Made by a program: the position numbers and the translations under genes | Shown here: positions 1 to 4,751 of the stretch, piece by piece | Layout of the letters: every line of letters begins with the position of its first letter | How positions within the stretch are numbered: position 1 is the first letter of the stretch | Virus record (IMG/VR): IMGVR_UViG_3300011982_000004 | Coordinates: 1-6,937 of that record | From: a virus | Strand: one strand, 5' to 3' | DNA length: 6,937 bases | Notes under the pieces: model-generated | What the model was told of the DNA's origin: nothing | Seen by the model: the letters and a program-made list of their open reading frames with translations, nothing else | The model's database searches: none

Positions 1-99
1 CCGGAATGATAATGAGTACCATTAATATTACTCATCGGCAAGCCAGCAGAAGTAACATTCAAAATCTTACTATCCGCTAACGAACCATCAGGCAACGGA
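1..99. repeat. Terminal redundancy, copy 1. It is identical to 6839..6937 and marks a circular 6,838-nt genome.
   Basis: Base-by-base comparison: ccggaatgataatgagtaccattaatattactcatcggcaagccagcagaagtaacattcaaaatcttactatccgctaacgaaccatcaggcaacgga occurs at both window ends. Confidence 0.95.
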
Positions 100-497
100 A
101 TACCAGCAAAGCGACAGAACACTTCATAAGGCCTAAAAGATGGAGCCTTTAAACGAACACCATTAGCAAGTGCAACAGAACTCAACGCAGAACTCGTCAA
201 CGTGTTTTTGGGAACTAATCCGCTAAAAAACGCCTTAGAATAGGAGTACATAAGACGTGCCGGGACGAAATAAAACGCAAAATTTTGTTTCATTCCAAGG
301 AACGGCCGACCTTGTAACGTCTGCGCCTGAACGATACTCGTAGTATCGACACTAACATTATCATGCGGATTTAAGAACATCTGCATGACAGGCAACAACA
401 TACCGGCAGGCTGCGAATAGATGTGCGTTTCTGAACGGTCAAAACCATTACGAGGACGCTGCGCAGGACCTACACCAATTTTAGGAACTTTAGACAT
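1..497 (-). CDS. VP1: Major capsid protein VP1 (F-like), 5' part of a gene that crosses the circular junction. The full gene runs 497->1 then 6838->5206, 2130 nt, 709 aa.
   Basis: Reverse-strand ATG at 497..495. Hand translation gives MSKVPKIGVGPAQRPRNGFDRSETHIYSQPAGMLLPVMQMFLNPHDNVSVDTTSIVQAQTLQGRPFLGMKQNFAFYFVPARLMYSYS... with no stop down to base 1. It is in frame with ORF 5206..6933 through the duplication (497-95=402, a multiple of 3). The RNxFD...G.L.P N-terminal pattern is typical of Microviridae capsid proteins. Confidence 0.9.
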   Translation of the reverse strand, partial: MSKVPKIGVGPAQRPRNGFDRSETHIYSQPAGMLLPVMQMFLNPHDNVSVDTTSIVQAQTLQGRPFLGMKQNFAFYFVPARLMYSYSKAFFSGLVPKNTLTSSALSSVALANGVRLKAPSFRPYEVFCRFAGIPLPDGSLADSKILNVTSAGLPMSNINGTHYHS

Positions 498-525
498 AAT
501 AAAAAACTTTAATAAAACATATAAA

Positions 526-2313
526 TTAATCTATTAAACTATCCAAGACATGTGCGTTTGCACGCTTACTTTTTGTATGTAATTTCAAATCATCTTTAAT
601 CTTATCAGCATATTTTTTAAAATGTGGTTGATTACACTCCAATAACTCTGCGATTTTCTTATCACGCCTAAAGCCTAAGCGATCATAAAACATAAAGATA
701 GGAATATTATAACTATTAGCTATTCTATGATACTCGGGCATCTTCTCATCTACCATGCTAATATGCCGTGGCAATCGACGCAAGAAAGCGTCATCAATAC
801 AACACTGTACATCATACAACGTTACATCTACTGCATGATAATATTGATCGGCAGGCCATACGACAGTACGACATAACTTATCCATATATTGATATTGTTG
901 GTACAACTGAAATTGCGCGTATTGATAGTGGAACCAATCTAACATCGTCATATAGTGGAGTGGGTGAGTGTCAAAATGTATGCACCAACGCAAGCAGGCA
1001 CGAGCGGCAGCTATATCTGCAGCATGAAACCAGGAGTCTTCCTCATTATAGCTATCGCCTAACTCATTAATAGCACGGGTAGGGTATAGCTTCGTATTCT
1101 TTTTATACCAATCCAGACAAGCAAGAGAAGCAGCAGCGTCTACTTTTTCTTGTCCATCGACTCTTCTATATTTGATAAATCGCGTATATACACGTAATTT
1201 ATCCATATCAGATATCGTGCTATACTGGTAACACTTTGGGAAATATCGACATACAACACTCGGGGGAACTGGGTAAACAACAGTCTGTTTTCCTTGCTTT
1301 GTAACAGTCTCATCACTTCGGAATATAGTTCGTTCAAGGTACATTCTTTGTACTTTTTCAGGACTATACGACTTATAGCCGATTGCTGGGCCTTTAGAAG
1401 CCAAACAGAATGGGCGGGCAAATTTGCTTTGTAGAACTTTTGGCAAATCAGTAAAGCTAGTAACATACGTTGTAACATAGCTGGCAGTTCCGCTATCAGC
1501 AGGTTGGACATTGATATTCCTTTGAGCGCACAGCGTCCAAGCCTTATATATACACCTTGTTGCGTATTGGTACGCCTTTTCATCGTCAAACCAAAAGAAA
1601 CCATGGTAGTGGGGTCTAAAGGTGTGACTGCCATATTCGCTGCAAATGAAGTAGCGAACGACTTGTTTTGCTTTTGCTTTCTCTTTCTCATATATTTTTT
1701 TGTAATATTGATAAATATCAAAATATAAATTGTATGTTTCAGTATCTAAATCATCCAACCAGCTTTCAAAATCCTGCAATTTAGCATTGTAACCGAGCCA
1801 ACGAGTGTACGAAAACAACTTGTCATAGAATTTCAAACGAGCATGGCGCAACAACAACGAATTCAAATAGTAACGGAAACGCTTCAAAAACTTTTGTACA
1901 TCCAAACGTGAAGCCACTCCAAAAGAGTTAACAACGTCAAAACCGGACAAAGCAGGTATAACACGACCACAATTCGCATAATCAACGGACAATCTTTCCG
2001 AGTAAGAAGTTTCATCGCGGTCGGGAAACTTAAATCCTTTCGCATCATCGAGTATATAGCGTGGAGCGTCTTCAGCAGGTCGAGCAAATGGAACATGATT
2101 ATTATCGTACGTGAGTGTGAAAAACAGTGCAAATCGATTATCTTTGAATTCTTGGGTAATCCGAGCACGCCAAATCTTTGCTTTTTTGTCCAAGCACATA
2201 AAGCACTTACCACAAGCATAAGCATACCAACGACCGTTTTGTTTAACCAATTGAGGGGTAACACACGGAAGCAGTACTTCCTTTGGCTTTACAAGACTAA
2301 CTAATGGATGCAT
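526..2313 (-). CDS. VP4: Replication initiation protein VP4 (HUH rolling-circle endonuclease, phiX174 gpA-like), unusually long at 595 aa
   Basis: ORF track 595 aa. The N-terminal Cys cluster is CGKCFMC (aa 34-40). RCR motif I is FFTLTYD (aa 64-70). LDVQKFLKRFR and RYFICSEYG precede the HUH motif RPHYHGFFW (aa 233-241). The two-Tyr motif is SYVTTYVTS (Y279/Y283). The start ATG overlaps the upstream ORF's stop as TAATG. Confidence 0.93.
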   Translation of the reverse strand: MHPLVSLVKPKEVLLPCVTPQLVKQNGRWYAYACGKCFMCLDKKAKIWRARITQEFKDNRFALFFTLTYDNNHVPFARPAEDAPRYILDDAKGFKFPDRDETSYSERLSVDYANCGRVIPALSGFDVVNSFGVASRLDVQKFLKRFRYYLNSLLLRHARLKFYDKLFSYTRWLGYNAKLQDFESWLDDLDTETYNLYFDIYQYYKKIYEKEKAKAKQVVRYFICSEYGSHTFRPHYHGFFWFDDEKAYQYATRCIYKAWTLCAQRNINVQPADSGTASYVTTYVTSFTDLPKVLQSKFARPFCLASKGPAIGYKSYSPEKVQRMYLERTIFRSDETVTKQGKQTVVYPVPPSVVCRYFPKCYQYSTISDMDKLRVYTRFIKYRRVDGQEKVDAAASLACLDWYKKNTKLYPTRAINELGDSYNEEDSWFHAADIAAARACLRWCIHFDTHPLHYMTMLDWFHYQYAQFQLYQQYQYMDKLCRTVVWPADQYYHAVDVTLYDVQCCIDDAFLRRLPRHISMVDEKMPEYHRIANSYNIPIFMFYDRLGFRRDKKIAELLECNQPHFKKYADKIKDDLKLHTKSKRANAHVLDSLID

Positions 2314-2495
2314 TACTCGAGATTACATTTAATAAAATCAATCGCAGAAGAAAACGAAGAAAAAACTACGTATCTCTCCATGAACTCTACACGATAAATC
2401 GTGATTTCATCACCATGCTTACTAACGCGCGTTTCTACCAGCAACGAATAATGCTGTTTCGAAACCTCAGGGTACAGATGTTTATATGGTTTCAT
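2313..2495 (-). CDS. Small hypothetical protein, 60 aa (MKPYKHLYPEVSKQHYSLLVETRVSKHGDEITIYRVEFMERYVVFSSFSSAIDFIKCNLE)
   Basis: This is the in-frame ATG at 2495..2493 within ORF 2313..2561. It overlaps the peptidase stop by 14 nt. Its TAA (2315..2313) shares one base with the VP4 ATG (2313..2311), an arrangement typical of translational coupling. I recognise no family. The start choice is uncertain. Confidence 0.45.
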   Translation of the reverse strand: MKPYKHLYPEVSKQHYSLLVETRVSKHGDEITIYRVEFMERYVVFSSFSSAIDFIKCNLE

Positions 2496-2946
2496 AGTGA
2501 TTACCAACTTTTTTGAGGAATTCATTTTTATGCAAGGCACGATTAATTGAAAAATGCACAAACGTAGGGTACAAGATCACTTGGCCAACTTGAATAACGT
2601 CAAGATTAGCACACGAACGAATGCGCTCGAGCAACTGACCTGGAGGATAGACAAGACTTCGAATATCTGCAGCATAACCAAACAGATGATCAGAAGTGGG
2701 AACGCCACCAACTAATTTGTTAACAGCATCAGAGCGATAACCACTATTGACATACAATGGAATGTCTTTGTCAGCAATATCATCACGCAACGAGTTACGA
2801 ACAACCTCGAGAGCAAGGCACAACTGGCGCAAATTATAAATCACTTGGCCATCAGTCGGAAGATTAGCATAACCATACTTAGCGAACTTGCACATTTCGT
2901 ACAAGTCGAAGTGCTTACTTAATTGAATGTTGTTAATACTTTTCAT
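2482..2946 (-). CDS. Zn-dependent cell-wall peptidase of the M15 family (Peptidase_M15_3 / M15A-like); probable endolysin, 154 aa
   Basis: The segment from MKSINNIQLSKHFDLYEM matches the usual N-terminus of this domain. The metal/catalytic pattern is SGYRS..VN..VGG...SDH..GYAADI ... FVHF. I prefer the start at ATG 2946..2944 over the ORF-track start at 3000, because the 18-aa extension is AT-rich low-complexity and covers the promoter-like box. Confidence 0.85.
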   Translation of the reverse strand: MKSINNIQLSKHFDLYEMCKFAKYGYANLPTDGQVIYNLRQLCLALEVVRNSLRDDIADKDIPLYVNSGYRSDAVNKLVGGVPTSDHLFGYAADIRSLVYPPGQLLERIRSCANLDVIQVGQVILYPTFVHFSINRALHKNEFLKKVGNHYETI

Positions 2947-2966
2947 AAAATCGAAAAATTTTGAGA

Positions 2967-2974
2967 CAAATATA
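2967..2974 (-). promoter_or_regulatory. Candidate Bacteroidota-type -7 promoter box TATATTTG (TAnnTTTG), ~20 nt upstream of the peptidase ATG
   Basis: Plus-strand caaatata at 2967..2974 is TATATTTG on the gene strand. This is an exact match to the 6 fixed positions of the Bacteroides -7 consensus. There is no properly spaced -33 TTTG. Several such matches per genome are expected by chance in AT-rich DNA. Confidence 0.3.
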
Positions 2975-3043
2975 CAAAAATAAAATTTCAGATAATACAT
3001 AATATGATAATTTATTAATGTAAATTAACATTGTAGAGATTTT

Positions 3044-3134
3044 AGGGCGTTTGGACCACTGTCAGTTTTACCATTTATATCAAGGGGTAGGTACGCAGCA
3101 CGGGGGGCGTGCGCCACTAATGTGGAAACTGATA
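3044..3134 (-). other. GC-rich structured block A: candidate viral-strand replication origin (phiX174-like nick motif flanked by hairpins)
   Basis: The virion-sense strand reads CCTACCCCTTGATATAAATGG (plus coordinates 3071..3091). CTTGATAT is at 3084..3077. Compare the phiX174 origin CCCCCAACTTG^ATATTAATAAC. Flanking helices counted by hand are 3060-3068/3126-3134 (8 WC + 1 G-T), 3071-3074/3122-3125, and hairpin 3095-3102/3108-3114 (7 bp, 1 bulge, GGGGG loop). Confidence 0.3.
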
Positions 3135-3159
3135 ATCAAAACAAACGCTAATAAATTTT

Positions 3160-3350
3160 GCCTCCGGCGGTCTTGGATGGGGTGTGCTGCGCAAGCTTGC
3201 ACTTCACTACGACGCAGTGCGCTACATTAGCATTCCGCGCGCTACGCTCCGTGGGAGAGCGGTATGCACTGCGAGACCGTTTCGCATCCTGTAATGCGGA
3301 TGCTACACTATCCGACCTAATTTGTGTTCGCAAGCTCACCTAACGAACAG
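3160..3350 (+). ncRNA. GC-rich structured block B: candidate structured ncRNA, or an ssDNA complementary-strand origin. Strand is tentative.
   Basis: GC is about 57% by hand count against AT-rich flanks. There is no credible ORF, although both strands are stop-free, as expected for GC-rich non-coding sequence. Multiple helices are present: 3173-3179/3309-3315 plus 3182-3186/3304-3308, 3213-3221/3265-3273, 3230-3238/3259-3267, 3247-3250/3254-3257, 3270-3275/3281-3286, 3284-3289/3298-3303 and 3325-3330/3344-3349. A near-consensus -7 box TAAATTTTG lies on the plus strand at 3152..3160. Confidence 0.3.
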
Positions 3351-3359
3351 CACATAAAC

Positions 3360-3384
3360 AAAAAAGTGTGACCGAAGCCACACT
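3360..3384 (-). terminator. Rho-independent terminator ending the sense transcription unit
   Basis: The gene strand reads AGTGTGGC-TTCG-GTCACACT followed by TTTTTG. This is an 8-bp stem (one G-U) with a UUCG tetraloop and a U-run. It overlaps the stop codon of the 37-aa ORF. On the plus strand the stem has an A-C mismatch and no T-run follows. Confidence 0.7.
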
Positions 3385-3496
3385 AATTAAAGAGGAAATA
3401 AACAATTAAGAATAAAACCGCATTAATCAACAACGGAATTACCTTCCAAGCAATAATAACACAAATAGCAACTAAAACTATTTTCTTTGCTGACAT
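3383..3496 (-). CDS. Tiny single-pass membrane peptide, 37 aa (MSAKKIVLVAICVIIAWKVIPLLINAVLFLIVYFLFN)
   Basis: Hand translation from ATG 3496..3494 to TAG 3385..3383. The peptide has a basic N-terminus followed by a long hydrophobic stretch. It is on the same strand as all the other genes and is immediately followed by the terminator. It is below the ORF-track length cutoff. A T-rich sequence can mimic hydrophobic peptides, so coding status is unproven. Confidence 0.4.
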   Translation of the reverse strand: MSAKKIVLVAICVIIAWKVIPLLINAVLFLIVYFLFN

Positions 3497-3501
3497 AACA
3501 A

Positions 3502-3588
3502 TTAATTAACACCTAAAGAAGTGAGCAGCGCAGTTAACGCTGCAATGGCTACTTGAGCCAACACTTGCAAAAAACTTTTCTTTTTCAT
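3502..3588 (-). CDS. Tiny single-pass membrane peptide, 28 aa (MKKKSFLQVLAQVAIAALTALLTSLGVN)
   Basis: Hand translation from ATG 3588..3586 to TAA 3504..3502. The start lies 37 nt downstream of the VP2 stop. The MKKK N-terminus is followed by a hydrophobic helix of ~20 residues. The next small ORF starts 5 nt after its stop. Confidence 0.4.
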   Translation of the reverse strand: MKKKSFLQVLAQVAIAALTALLTSLGVN

Positions 3589-3625
3589 TGCAAAATTACA
3601 TTAAAAAATTAAACAAACAAAATTA

Positions 3626-4741
3626 TCATCTAAATCTTGGCACACGAGCAGGTCTCGACATCTTAGCATTACGATACCGCATTTGTGACTTTAGATTTTT
3701 CCGATTAGCACGCGAATTCATAACATCATTGACAGAGCCAGTAACTTCACTACCACCATGAAGAATCTCACCAGCTTTATCAAGGCCATAATCCAACATC
3801 ACATTATCATGATATGCCGAGTTATAATCGAACAATCTACGCGCCTCGCGATAATTATATTCAGAACCACGAGAATTCCAATAAGCCGAATTAGCTTCAT
3901 GCTTAGCAACATTCACATTAGCATAAGATAGCGAAGCACTCGCATCAGCGGCACGAGCTTCAGCAGCAGCCTTACCAATCATAGCACGCATATTGGCAGC
4001 ACCAAACAATCGAACAAGATTATTATCCAAGTCAGCACCTTTTTTCTGCGAACCAAGAAGAGCAGCTTGTGCAGCATTCAACTGATTTTGGACACCTGGA
4101 GCTTTAATGCGCTCATCCCAAGTCAATATACCAATATCATTAGTCTGTTTTAACTGAGTTATCTGCTCATCAACCAACTCTATCTCCTTGCGGATCTTAT
4201 CTTTATCAGCTTCAGTTTTGGCACTCTCAGCTAACTGCTTTTGCAACTCGGCCTTATTACGCTCCAACTCCGTAACATTACGAATGGTCTTCGTAACCGT
4301 ATCGGCATTAACATTACGCGCATCAGCTTCATTCTTGGTAATTTCCGACTGTGCAGTAAGGCCTTGAATTAACGAAGAGGCAGCAGAAGCAGCACCATTA
4401 ACAACACCGGAATAATCCGTAGGCTGTGTGGTAGCAACTGATTGCTGATTACCAGCATTAATTTGGCCGAGCATCATATAAGGGTTTAAACCAGCATTAT
4501 TGAACCGACCTACTTGCGAACCAGGCGTATTATACGCATTAGCTCTCTCTACTAATTGCTGTTGTAACGCGTTATTCTTATCATTACTTCGCTTATTCAT
4601 AACAGCACTTGTAACAGTACCAGCAGCGGCAATAATAGCAGGAATAGCAGCAGCAACAGCCGGAGCAATATGCTTACGATTATCGATTTGAGCGAGGCCG
4701 CAGCCTCGTTCAATCGAATTTAATCTATTAATATAAGACAT
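3626..4741 (-). CDS. VP2: Minor capsid / DNA pilot protein VP2 (H-like), 371 aa
   Basis: The N-terminal hydrophobic segment is APAVAAAIPAIIAAAGTVTSAV. It is followed by AYNTPGSQVGRFNNAGLNPYMMLG, the AGLNP signature common in Microviridae VP2. The central part is charged and coiled-coil-like (ELERNKAELQKQLAESAKTEADKDKIRKEIELVDEQITQLKQ). Its position after the capsid gene also fits. Confidence 0.85.
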   Translation of the reverse strand: MSYINRLNSIERGCGLAQIDNRKHIAPAVAAAIPAIIAAAGTVTSAVMNKRSNDKNNALQQQLVERANAYNTPGSQVGRFNNAGLNPYMMLGQINAGNQQSVATTQPTDYSGVVNGAASAASSLIQGLTAQSEITKNEADARNVNADTVTKTIRNVTELERNKAELQKQLAESAKTEADKDKIRKEIELVDEQITQLKQTNDIGILTWDERIKAPGVQNQLNAAQAALLGSQKKGADLDNNLVRLFGAANMRAMIGKAAAEARAADASASLSYANVNVAKHEANSAYWNSRGSEYNYREARRLFDYNSAYHDNVMLDYGLDKAGEILHGGSEVTGSVNDVMNSRANRKNLKSQMRYRNAKMSRPARVPRFR

Positions 4742-4751
4742 AACTAACTAA

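Noticed and set aside
2304-2516. Plus-strand 70-aa ORF with an RRRKRRK stretch, antisense to the 60-aa ORF
   Set aside because: It has the opposite polarity to every other gene. The minus-strand ORF has the coupled TAATG junction with VP4. Both frames are open here, so the minus-strand call is itself only moderate confidence.
2496-2561. A longer 82-aa (or 70-aa, MNSSKK...) version of the small ORF upstream of VP4
   Set aside because: It would overlap the peptidase C-terminus by 44-80 nt. The extension is Cys/Ile-rich with no supporting signal. The shortest ATG start gives the more typical short overlap.
2947-3000. An 18-aa N-terminal extension of the peptidase (MYYLKFYFCIFVSKFFDF), considered as a possible signal-anchor/SAR domain
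   Set aside because: It is too short and is interrupted by Lys residues, so it is not a membrane anchor. It consists of TTT/TAT codons from an AT-rich leader and contains the promoter-like TATATTTG box. The M15 domain begins right at the MKSINN start.
3015-3036. Inverted repeat AATGT-aaatta-ACATT with an ATGTTAA core resembling the XerD arm of dif, considered as a XerCD integration site
   Set aside because: Only one half-site-like match is present (8/11). The putative XerC arm matches 4/11. I do not know the Bacteroidota dif consensus well enough to judge. It could equally be an operator or a chance feature of AT-rich DNA.
3148-3343. Two ORFs on opposite strands in the GC-rich island: 63 aa on the minus strand (3148..3339) and 61 aa on the plus strand (3158..3343)
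   Set aside because: They overlap each other almost completely. The plus-strand ORF starts at TTG. Both translate to Arg/Ala/Ser/Cys-rich sequences with no recognisable family. Stop-free frames on both strands are expected in GC-rich structured DNA.
3044-3350. Checked the island for tRNA (T-loop GTTCGAATC, cloverleaf), tmRNA tag/ends, RNase P P4 (GAGGAAAGTCC), SRP domain IV, hammerhead CUGAnGA (CTGATAA at 3129), and group II domain V
   Set aside because: None of the diagnostic motifs is present. CTGATAATC lacks the required G. The GCATCC/GGATGC hairpin has an 8-nt loop, not a 7-nt anticodon loop.
3591-3598. Exact TAnnTTTG match (TAATTTTG on the gene strand), 2 nt upstream of the 28-aa ORF's ATG
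   Set aside because: The spacing would put the transcription start at or beyond the ATG. Such 6-fixed-position matches are expected several times per genome by chance. I kept it only as a note, as a possible leaderless transcript.
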